Shown: in pieces, positions 20,264-28,333 of the stretch
How the letters are laid out: the number at the start of each line of letters is the position of its first letter
How positions within the stretch are numbered: position 1 is the first letter of the stretch
Assembly: GCF_016278715.1 (NCBI RefSeq)
Contig: NZ_JADQBH010000108.1
Location: 6,761 to 70,760 of the forward strand
Direction of reading: 5' to 3'
Length of the DNA: 64,000 bases
Origin: Marinilabilia sp.
GTDB taxonomy: Bacteria; Bacteroidota; Bacteroidia; Bacteroidales; Marinilabiliaceae
Made by a program: the position numbers and the translations under genes
The notes under the pieces: model-generated
The model's database searches: none
What the model was told of the DNA's origin: nothing
What the model saw: the letters and a program-made list of their open reading frames with translations, nothing else

Positions 20264-21463
20264 ATGGCACCATTAATACCGGAAATAATATCTCCCGAAT
20301 ATAACTACCTGATAGCCCTCATTGTAGGACTGGGTTTTGGATTTGCCCTTGAACAGGCAGGTTTTTCGAGCACACGCAAACTAGTAGGACTCTTTTACGG
20401 ATACGATTTTACCGTACTGAAGGTGTTTTTCACCGCGGGCGTTACCGCAATGATTGGAGTAGTCACGCTCTCCCATCTGGAGATGCTCAACACTGAAATC
20501 ATTTTTGTCAACCCCACATTTCTGCCATCAGCCATCACTGGCGGGATAATAATGGGAGCCGGATTCATTATCGGCGGCTTCTGTCCCGGAACCAGTGCTG
20601 CAGCTGCAGCAATCGGAAAATTGGACGGATGGGCCTTTATCGGAGGTGCAACCATCGGCATTTTTGCCTTCGGTGAATTTTATCCACTGCTCGAGGATTT
20701 CTATCTTGCAGGCAATCAGGGTCCACTGCTCTTCTACAATGTACTCGGCATTGAAAGAATTACTTTCGCACTGATTCTGATGGCTGTTGCCATCTTCGCT
20801 TTTGTAGCAACCGGAATGATTGAAGACAAAGTCAATAAGAAACCCGTACATATTCTTAGTGGCAACTGGAAAAACAAAACCATTGCTGCAGCAATTCCCC
20901 TTGCGGTGGTCCTGATATTAATGATCACACCCTCACGCAAGGAATTCACCATGGAGAAGCTGGAAGCACGTGCAGCATCCGGAGAATGCAAACCCGACCT
21001 TATTGATGCCGACAAACTGGCATTTGAGATCATGAACAACTATTATCAGTACAATGTGATTGATGTTCGTTCGGCAGAAGAATACAAGGCATTCCACATT
21101 GCTACGGCAATCAATATCCCATTGGATGATTTGCATAGCACAGCTTACCGAAAATTGCTCAATCAGCGCATTCAAACCAACGTATTTTATGGAGCATCCC
21201 CGGCACAAGCAAAAAAAGCCTGTTTAATTGCCCGGTATCACGGAAACGAGACCAGCCTGGCCCTGAATGTCACTGCCGAAGACTTCAAAAACACCTTTTA
21301 TGGCGAAATAAGCATCCCTGAAAATCCCACAAAATCACAGCAAACCATCGCCCTTTTCAGGCGTCGGGCAGCCGAAAAAATGAAAGAAATCGAAAAAAAC
21401 CTAGCTTCCCGCGAAAAACCGGTACAACAAAAAGTAACAAGAGTTCAGGGAGGATGTAGTTAA
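20264..21463 (+). CDS. YeeE/YedE family protein fused to a rhodanese-like domain and a C-terminal GGCS tail
   Basis: GFALEQAGF and GGFCPGT motifs; IDVRSAEEYKAFHIATAINIP rhodanese signature; ends KVTRVQGGCS. Confidence 0.8.
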   Translation: MAPLIPEIISPEYNYLIALIVGLGFGFALEQAGFSSTRKLVGLFYGYDFTVLKVFFTAGVTAMIGVVTLSHLEMLNTEIIFVNPTFLPSAITGGIIMGAGFIIGGFCPGTSAAAAAIGKLDGWAFIGGATIGIFAFGEFYPLLEDFYLAGNQGPLLFYNVLGIERITFALILMAVAIFAFVATGMIEDKVNKKPVHILSGNWKNKTIAAAIPLAVVLILMITPSRKEFTMEKLEARAASGECKPDLIDADKLAFEIMNNYYQYNVIDVRSAEEYKAFHIATAINIPLDDLHSTAYRKLLNQRIQTNVFYGASPAQAKKACLIARYHGNETSLALNVTAEDFKNTFYGEISIPENPTKSQQTIALFRRRAAEKMKEIEKNLASREKPVQQKVTRVQGGCS

Positions 21464-21609
21464 TCCACAAATTGAATTCCTCCGTATGCCCAAAACATGG
21501 ATTGCAGGAAAAAAAAACCTGATTCATAAAAAAAAACGTGCATCTTAAAATTGTTTTTCAGAACTTGAATAAAAATTTTATTCTATTGTCAAACTGAAAA
21601 TCAAGGGCT

Positions 21610-23604
21610 ATGATGCATGATTACAAACACAAAAACAACATTCTGAGTAGAACCGCATGGGCTGTTCTTTTCAGTTTCATTGTCGCTTTTAGCGCCAACA
21701 GTCAGGTAACGGTCATGGTGGACGACAATGGTGTCGCCTTCACAGATGTTGCCAATCACTCCAGCTGGGCAAATGCCACCAGCGACTTACAGGCAGCCAT
21801 TGATGGTGTTGCTGCTGAACCCGGTGGAGGTGAAGTATGGGTAGCCGGAGGAACTTATCTGCCCACCACTATTCTGGCAGCCGATCCGACAGCCCCTGTA
21901 CCGCCTTTTAACATTCCCGGAGATGCTCTATCCGGCACTGATGCCCGGCAAACTTCATTTGTCATGGCATCCAATGTTCGGGTACTCGGAGGCTTTATGG
22001 GAACCGAGACTTTGGAAGGAGATCGTCCTGATGACTTATTCGCCACAGCTAACAGAGTAACTCTCAGTGGAGACATTGGTGTGGCCAATGACACCACCGA
22101 CAATGCCTATCATGTGGTTTTGTTCCCTCTCGGCGTGGACGACACCGCAATTCTTGAAGGGATGTATGTCACTAAAGGAAATGGGAATTCTGAAAATTAC
22201 TTCGCACACCGGGGGGCTGGCGTCCATGTTCGTGAAGGAGGAACCATCAAAGAGTGTGTCATTACCGACAACTATGCATCAGAAGGAGGAGCTGGCGTTT
22301 ATTTGTACAAAGGAGGGAATCTTGTTTACTCGGAGATTTCCCACAACAAAACCCAACAAAAAGGAGGTGGAGTATTCTTAAACCTCGGTGGGGAAGTACA
22401 ACAATGTCTGATTCACAGCAACACAGCTATTCACCTAACGAAAGCCAATGGAGGAGGAGTGTTCATGGATGCTGACATCACGTCTTTCGGAACCATAACC
22501 CACTCTTTTATTAGCGTAAATTCCTCAGCAAATAAAGGAGGAGGTATGGCTGTTTACGACGGTAGCCTTGTTTCCAATAATTTTATCTCCAACAATGAAG
22601 CAGTCGGAAACGGGGGTGGAATATATTTACAAAACGGGGGTTTGATAATTAACAACACAATAGTCTCAAACTCTTCAGACCTGGGTACCGGAATCTATGC
22701 AAATGAAGGCGGCGAGATTTACAACACAGCGATATGGGGCAATGCTACCCCTTATACTCCCAACGACCAATTCGATTTCATTGATGCAGATGGAACATTT
22801 CAGGTAGTTATTGACCATTGCGCCATTCAGGATGAGACAAACCCATTGTTTACAAATAGCATTACTCTGGATGCAGCCAACACCGGAACAGGAACCCATC
22901 CCTATTTCAGAAATCCCGTCACTTTTGCAGGACTTCCGGCCGATCAGGCCCAGGTTGATGAGATATTCACCAGCGATTACAGAATCAATGTAGAGTCGGC
23001 TCTTCTGGATGCCGGTATTGATAATCCGGGTGGAATTCCTCTCCCCTTGCTGGATCTCGGCGCAACCCCGAGATTGGTTCAATCATCCGTGGACATTGGT
23101 GCTTTCGAAGCAAATTACTCCGATATAACAGGAACAGTTTTCAGTGGCAACGGAACAATTGATCCTATTGTCGCAAAAGTTCTTAATGGTGGAGAAGTCG
23201 TCTTCACCTTAACACCTGAAACAGGTTTTGAGGTTACTACATTTACCATAAATGGAGACGATTTTACCGCAAGTCTTATTCCGGACGGCAGTTCCTTTAC
23301 TTACACAGCAACGGTTACTCAAAACATTGACGCTGTCGTAACCTTTGGAGTCGCCAATAGCCTTAATGAAAATGAAACCGGTGAGTTTAGATTATATCCG
23401 GTTCCGGCCGAAAGAGAATTATTCATTTCAGGGGCTGCAATAAATAAGGTTGAAATCTTCTCGGCCGACGGAAAACTGGTTAAAATAATGGAAGATACGG
23501 ACATCAAATCCATCCCGGTATCCGGTCTTAAGAAGGGCCTTTACTTAATCTCTTTAACCCGCAATTCCGGAGAGATTATAAACACCAGATTTATCAAAAA
23601 ATAA
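21610..23604 (+). CDS. T9SS-secreted parallel beta-helix protein (choice-of-anchor Q-like), paralogue 1
   Basis: Signal peptide, GGG-rich N-x-A-x-x-GGG repeats, VDIGAFE, C-terminal LYPVPA...KGLYLISL sorting domain. Confidence 0.8.
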   Translation: MMHDYKHKNNILSRTAWAVLFSFIVAFSANSQVTVMVDDNGVAFTDVANHSSWANATSDLQAAIDGVAAEPGGGEVWVAGGTYLPTTILAADPTAPVPPFNIPGDALSGTDARQTSFVMASNVRVLGGFMGTETLEGDRPDDLFATANRVTLSGDIGVANDTTDNAYHVVLFPLGVDDTAILEGMYVTKGNGNSENYFAHRGAGVHVREGGTIKECVITDNYASEGGAGVYLYKGGNLVYSEISHNKTQQKGGGVFLNLGGEVQQCLIHSNTAIHLTKANGGGVFMDADITSFGTITHSFISVNSSANKGGGMAVYDGSLVSNNFISNNEAVGNGGGIYLQNGGLIINNTIVSNSSDLGTGIYANEGGEIYNTAIWGNATPYTPNDQFDFIDADGTFQVVIDHCAIQDETNPLFTNSITLDAANTGTGTHPYFRNPVTFAGLPADQAQVDEIFTSDYRINVESALLDAGIDNPGGIPLPLLDLGATPRLVQSSVDIGAFEANYSDITGTVFSGNGTIDPIVAKVLNGGEVVFTLTPETGFEVTTFTINGDDFTASLIPDGSSFTYTATVTQNIDAVVTFGVANSLNENETGEFRLYPVPAERELFISGAAINKVEIFSADGKLVKIMEDTDIKSIPVSGLKKGLYLISLTRNSGEIINTRFIKK

Positions 23605-23642
23605 AACTTTTTTGGAAATAAAATACCTCTTAAGCGGAACAT

Positions 23643-23685
23643 ATCCCCGGCATCAGGTTTTTTTCTGTTGCCGGGGATTATTTTT
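23643..23685 (+). terminator. Intrinsic terminator
   Basis: atccccggca / tgccggggat stem plus T tract. Confidence 0.75.
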
Positions 23686-24004
23686 ACAATCTTTGAAAAA
23701 ACAGTCTTTTTTTCAGTACAAAACAGAACCATTCACCTTAACTCAGTTACTCCTGACCCCTGCTTTCAGAACCCATCAGTTCTTACCTAAGTGGAGCGAT
23801 AAGAGTTCAACCAATCAACTTAATACTCAGAGATAACCCCGATTCAGAAAATATTTGCTTTCACTAATTTTTTTTTGTGAAAGTCTTACATTTCCTAAAT
23901 TCCTGATCGTGATGTGACCAGGTTATTAACCGGAACAATTCAACTCTGCCTTTTGCTCTTGCTTGTAAGAATTCGGATTCTAAAACTTTTTAATTCAGAT
24001 ACTC

Positions 24005-26002
24005 ATGAATGCAACCACCCGCCGAAACTTAAGCTTCCTTTTCACTTTCCTCATTGTCTTCAGCCCACTGGCTTTCATCGATGCTCAGGTAATTGTTAAA
24101 GTCAAGCCTTCCGACAAAGGAGGAATTACATTTTCAGATGTAACCCAACACAATACGTGGGGTACAGCCACCTTCGAATTACAAAAAGCTATTGACGAGG
24201 TTCATGCAAGTGGAGGCGGAGAAGTATGGGTGGCCGGGGGAACCTATCTTCCTACCAGTTATCTTGCTGCAGCCCCCGATGCCCCCAACCCACCACTGCA
24301 GGATCCAGGTGATCCCGGTTCGCCCATCGACGAACGTCAACTTTCATTCATTATGGCCAGTGGCGTGTCTGTTATCGGAGGATTTACCGGGTCTGAAACA
24401 AGCCTGGAACAAAGACCTTCCGACTTTTATGGCAGCGAAAACAAAGTAGTCCTAAGCGGTGACATTGGAACTGCTTCTTTAGCAGAAGACAACGCCTATC
24501 ATGTTGTGATCTTTCCTCCCGAAACAGATAATACGGCCATATTACAAAATGTAGTTATCTCGGGAGGCTATGCCAACGGCCCGGATGCCTATTTCGCAAA
24601 AACAGGAGCAGGTGTCCATATTCGCGAAGGAGGATTGCTAAAAGAGTGCCAGGTTCAGAACAATGTCTCAGCAGGAAGTGGCGGGGGGGTTTACCTCTAT
24701 AAAGGTGGAAAGGTAAGAAACTGTACCATTTTCGAGAACACAGCTTTTGTCCAGGGTGGTGGAGTCTATTCCAACCTTGGAGGCGAAATATCAAGATCGG
24801 CCATCTTTAAAAACACAGCCGGAAATTACATCACTGACGGCAAAGGTGGCGGTGTATTCCTCGTAGCTGATGAAACACAGGAAGGAACCATTACCCATTC
24901 CGCGGTATTTGCCAACAGTTCGACCAACAAAGGTGGAGGAATTGCAACCTATGCAGGAGGCCGTATCATTAATAACTATATCGGGAATAATGAAACAGAA
25001 GGAAAAGGAGGAGGCATTTTTCTCCAGGTCGGCGGGCTGGTATTAAACAGTACAGTAGTCTCAAATGCCGGCGGTCAGGGGGCAGCAATATTTTGTAACG
25101 ACGGGGGCACTGTTTACAATACGGTTATGTGGGGAAATACAACCCCCTACAATAACAACCAACTCTTAACCGATGATGATGATGCAACCTCAAGCACTCC
25201 CCTCTTTGATTTTTGTGCCATTCAGGAGGGAACTTCTACTCCGGAAATCACGAACCTGATCTCCCTTTCTCCGGAAAACACCGGAACCGGAGTCCACCCC
25301 TATTTCAGGAATCCAGTCACATTTGCAGGACTTCCGGCCGACCAGCTCCAAGCTGCTGAGATCTCCGCCAGCGATTACCGAATCAATGTAGAGTCAGCTC
25401 TTCTGGATGCCGGTATTAATAATCCGGGTGGAATTCCCCTTCCTCCTCTTGATCTTGACGCAACTCTACGATTGATTCAGTCGTCAGTGGACATTGGTGC
25501 TTTTGAAGCCGATTACTTCGATATAACAGGAACTGTTTCCATTGGCAACGGGACAATTGATCCTATTGATGCAAAAATTCTTAATAGTGGAGAAGTCCTC
25601 TTCACCTTAACACCTGAGACAGGTTTTGAGGTTACTACATTTACCATAAATGGAGACGATTTTACCCCAAGTCTTATTCCGGACGGCAATTCCTTTACTT
25701 ACACAGCAACGGTTTCTGAAAACATTGACGCAGTCGTAACGTTTGGAGTCGCCAATAGTCTTATAGAAAATAAAACCGGGAAGTTTAGATTATATCCGGT
25801 ACCCGCAGAAAGTGAATTATTCATTTCTGGTGCTTCCATCCAAAAGGTAGAAATCTTCTCAACAGACGGCAAACCGGTTAAAATCATGGAAAAAGTCAAC
25901 ATCTCTTCCATTCCTGTTTCCGGTCTAAAAAGAGGCTTATACTTTATTTCATTAACAGATGATACCGGTAAAGTCATCACAACACGCTTCATTAAGAAGT
26001 AA
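24005..26002 (+). CDS. T9SS-secreted parallel beta-helix protein, paralogue 2
   Basis: Same architecture as 21610-23604; C-terminal LYPVPA...RGLYFISL sorting domain. Confidence 0.8.
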   Translation: MNATTRRNLSFLFTFLIVFSPLAFIDAQVIVKVKPSDKGGITFSDVTQHNTWGTATFELQKAIDEVHASGGGEVWVAGGTYLPTSYLAAAPDAPNPPLQDPGDPGSPIDERQLSFIMASGVSVIGGFTGSETSLEQRPSDFYGSENKVVLSGDIGTASLAEDNAYHVVIFPPETDNTAILQNVVISGGYANGPDAYFAKTGAGVHIREGGLLKECQVQNNVSAGSGGGVYLYKGGKVRNCTIFENTAFVQGGGVYSNLGGEISRSAIFKNTAGNYITDGKGGGVFLVADETQEGTITHSAVFANSSTNKGGGIATYAGGRIINNYIGNNETEGKGGGIFLQVGGLVLNSTVVSNAGGQGAAIFCNDGGTVYNTVMWGNTTPYNNNQLLTDDDDATSSTPLFDFCAIQEGTSTPEITNLISLSPENTGTGVHPYFRNPVTFAGLPADQLQAAEISASDYRINVESALLDAGINNPGGIPLPPLDLDATLRLIQSSVDIGAFEADYFDITGTVSIGNGTIDPIDAKILNSGEVLFTLTPETGFEVTTFTINGDDFTPSLIPDGNSFTYTATVSENIDAVVTFGVANSLIENKTGKFRLYPVPAESELFISGASIQKVEIFSTDGKPVKIMEKVNISSIPVSGLKRGLYFISLTDDTGKVITTRFIKK

Positions 26003-26070
26003 AGTACTAAAATTTGAATAGAATGAGTGTGATATAAAAATGCATTTAAGACCGGACTCATAGAATATTT

Positions 26071-26110
26071 ATCCCCTTGCTCATTTTCAATGGACAGGGG
26101 GATTATTTTT
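26071..26110 (+). terminator. Intrinsic terminator
   Basis: atcccct..catt / aatg..agggggat imperfect stem plus T tract. Confidence 0.6.
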
Positions 26111-26182
26111 TAAGATAGCTCTGAAACTATCAGTTTTTCTTTTAAGAATCACTATCGTCCGGAGGAATTTTGCCTCAGCCCG

Positions 26183-26220
26183 TTAGATTGCTTCGTTTCT
26201 CTCGCATCGAAGCAATCTAA
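26183..26220. repeat. Perfect 13-bp inverted repeat, GAAGCAATCT family
   Basis: ttagattgcttcg - 12 nt - cgaagcaatctaa. Confidence 0.75.
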
Positions 26221-26289
26221 GTCTTTAACGCGAACACCAACGTTTTAAGAATAATAAAAACGGCCCATGCTGTTAATTTTTTTATACTT

Positions 26290-26907
26290 TTGAAACAAAA
26301 GCAAACACTTCTCCAACGCATGACAAACCGGGATACGACCATAAAAAAAGAAGACCTGAATGACTTTGGACGTTTTTTTCGGACCCACTATGCCCGGCTC
26401 CTGAATTATTGCAAATATTTTGTAAAAGAAACCGCTATTGCGGAAGACATCGTTCAAGAAACGTTTATCCATTTCTGGGAAAGAAGAATGTCACTGAACC
26501 CTAATTCCTCTGAAGAAGCCCTGCTTTTTATTTCACTCCGAAACAGATGTCTAAATTTCATTCGCGATCAAAAATATACCGCCAAAAGAATTGAGGAATT
26601 AAAAACTATTTCAAGTCCCCTACAATCAATCTCCCAAATTGATTATCTGGGAGAAGAGGATATTCCACTAGAAGAACAATTGCTTCAGGAACTAAACAAG
26701 GCGATAGAAGACTTACCCGACCGGTGTGGAGAAATTATTAAACTAACCAAACTCGAAGGTCTGAAAAACCGGGAGGTGGCCACCCGACTGGGGATTTCTG
26801 TAAAAGCAGTGGAACGGCAACTATCCATTGGAAAAAAGAAAATAGAACAACACTTTAAAGAAAATTTCCCCTTAGGTCTGGTATTGCTTCTGCTCTGGTT
26901 TTCATAA
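26290..26907 (+). CDS. ECF RNA polymerase sigma factor (PUL-associated, FecI-like)
   Basis: AEDIVQETFIHFW (region 2) and LPDRCGEI...NREVATRLGISVKAVE (region 4); upstream of FecR; start may be ATG 26320. Confidence 0.9.
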   Translation: MKQKQTLLQRMTNRDTTIKKEDLNDFGRFFRTHYARLLNYCKYFVKETAIAEDIVQETFIHFWERRMSLNPNSSEEALLFISLRNRCLNFIRDQKYTAKRIEELKTISSPLQSISQIDYLGEEDIPLEEQLLQELNKAIEDLPDRCGEIIKLTKLEGLKNREVATRLGISVKAVERQLSIGKKKIEQHFKENFPLGLVLLLLWFS

Positions 26908-26975
26908 AAACGAGCAAAAAGACTGCCTCACTACATTCTCAAAAACAAGCCTTTAAGCGACATTATAGATATGGA

Positions 26976-27053
26976 GGGGCAAACTTGAATAACCCCGGGA
27001 TTTTAGCCCGGGGTAAGCTGGGCAGATGAATCGGTCCCCGAATGGGGCAAACT
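26976..27053. repeat. REP-like GC-rich hairpin element
   Basis: accccggg / cccggggt stem, ccccgaatgggg hairpin, and direct ggggcaaact at both ends. Confidence 0.6.
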
Positions 27054-27172
27054 ATTAATGTTTTGATTTTATGCCTCTTACAAAAATCTGTGATTGGTAG
27101 TAAAACCAAGCAATCAAAATCTCTACTTTTCAGTCTCCCGGAAAAATAATGTTAAAATTTATTTAATTACTT

Positions 27173-27200
27173 GTAGGGTTTTATTCATTTCAGGTGTATT
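27173..27200 (+). promoter_or_regulatory. Putative ECF-sigma-dependent promoter for fecR-susC-susD
   Basis: GTAGGG - 15 nt - GTGTATT just upstream of fecR, resembling FecI-type -35/-10 boxes. Confidence 0.5.
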
Positions 27201-27221
27201 AAACATAGAAGCAAGTTATTT

Positions 27222-28250
27222 ATGGTTAAAATTAACAAAATAATTGACGCGTATATAAGAGGACGTGCATCCGAAGAAGAGCAAAGTATTCTCATTAATT
27301 TCCTTCGCTCCTCCGAAGAGAACAAAAAATACTTTAGAGCCAAAACAAAAACAATCCAGTCGGAAAAATCAACCTATTCTTTAGAGGAATGGGAAGCCTG
27401 GCATCGAATAAAAAACAAACTACTTGGGCAAGCCACGGACAAAACGAAGATTTCATCCCCCTGGATGGCCCTTTACAAAATGGCATCTGTAATAGCAATT
27501 ATTCTCCTTATTGCCGGACTATACGGATTGCCAAAACTACAACAACAAAAAGTAAGCATCAGCGCAAATCCGGGTCAAACATTGAAGATGACACTGCCCG
27601 ATAGTTCAACAGTCATTCTCAACAGCAACACTACACTTGAATATCATCCATTGGCTTTCATGGTCAATCGAAGCATAATACTAAAAGGAGAAGCTTTTTT
27701 TGACATCAGGAAAAAAAACAACACTGCTTTCAGAGTAAAAGCCGACAATTATGTGGTGAAAGTGCTGGGGACCCGGTTCAACGTAAATGCCTATACCAGC
27801 AACAAAAATTTCAGTGTTGTACTGGAAGAAGGCAAAGTACAGGTAAAATCAAAAGCGAGAAACCAAAACACCATTTGCCTCAGACCCGGAGAGATGTTGG
27901 ATATTCAAAAAAAGGATAACAGACATAAAATATCAAAAGTTAATACCCGCTTATACACTTCCTGGAAAGAAGGCCTTCTCTACTTTTATGATTCTCAATT
28001 CGATGACGTTATCAACAGGGTTGAAAAAAGATATGGAGCAAAATTTCTCATTGAAGACGAGGTAATCAACAAGTTCATCATAAGCACCACCATAAAAGAT
28101 GAGCCACTTGAAAAAGTACTGGACCTGATGAAAAACGTACTTCCCATCAAAATAAACGAAAAAGAAGGGATTATCAGAATCCATCTGGATCAGGAAAGAT
28201 ATAATAAGTATTTGAAGCAAAAAACAAACAGAACCCTTGATCCTGGGTAA
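27222..28250 (+). CDS. FecR-family anti-sigma factor
   Basis: TM helix followed by LPDSSTVILNSNT, LKGEAFFDI, VLGTRFNV and SWKEG motifs. Confidence 0.93.
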   Translation: MVKINKIIDAYIRGRASEEEQSILINFLRSSEENKKYFRAKTKTIQSEKSTYSLEEWEAWHRIKNKLLGQATDKTKISSPWMALYKMASVIAIILLIAGLYGLPKLQQQKVSISANPGQTLKMTLPDSSTVILNSNTTLEYHPLAFMVNRSIILKGEAFFDIRKKNNTAFRVKADNYVVKVLGTRFNVNAYTSNKNFSVVLEEGKVQVKSKARNQNTICLRPGEMLDIQKKDNRHKISKVNTRLYTSWKEGLLYFYDSQFDDVINRVEKRYGAKFLIEDEVINKFIISTTIKDEPLEKVLDLMKNVLPIKINEKEGIIRIHLDQERYNKYLKQKTNRTLDPG

Positions 28251-28333
28251 TTCAGACAAGGATAAAAAACAGGAAGATGCGCCAACATCTCCCTGAAAAT
28301 TAATTTTTTTTGTTTAACTCAATCTACAAATTT

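Noticed and set aside
21431-21463. Selenocysteine in the GGC tail
   Set aside because: The codon is TGT (Cys) and the stop is TAA; no in-frame TGA here
23690-24004. Possible riboswitch in the leader of the second beta-helix gene
   Set aside because: No recognisable TPP, cobalamin, SAM or FMN consensus by eye; an Rfam scan would be needed
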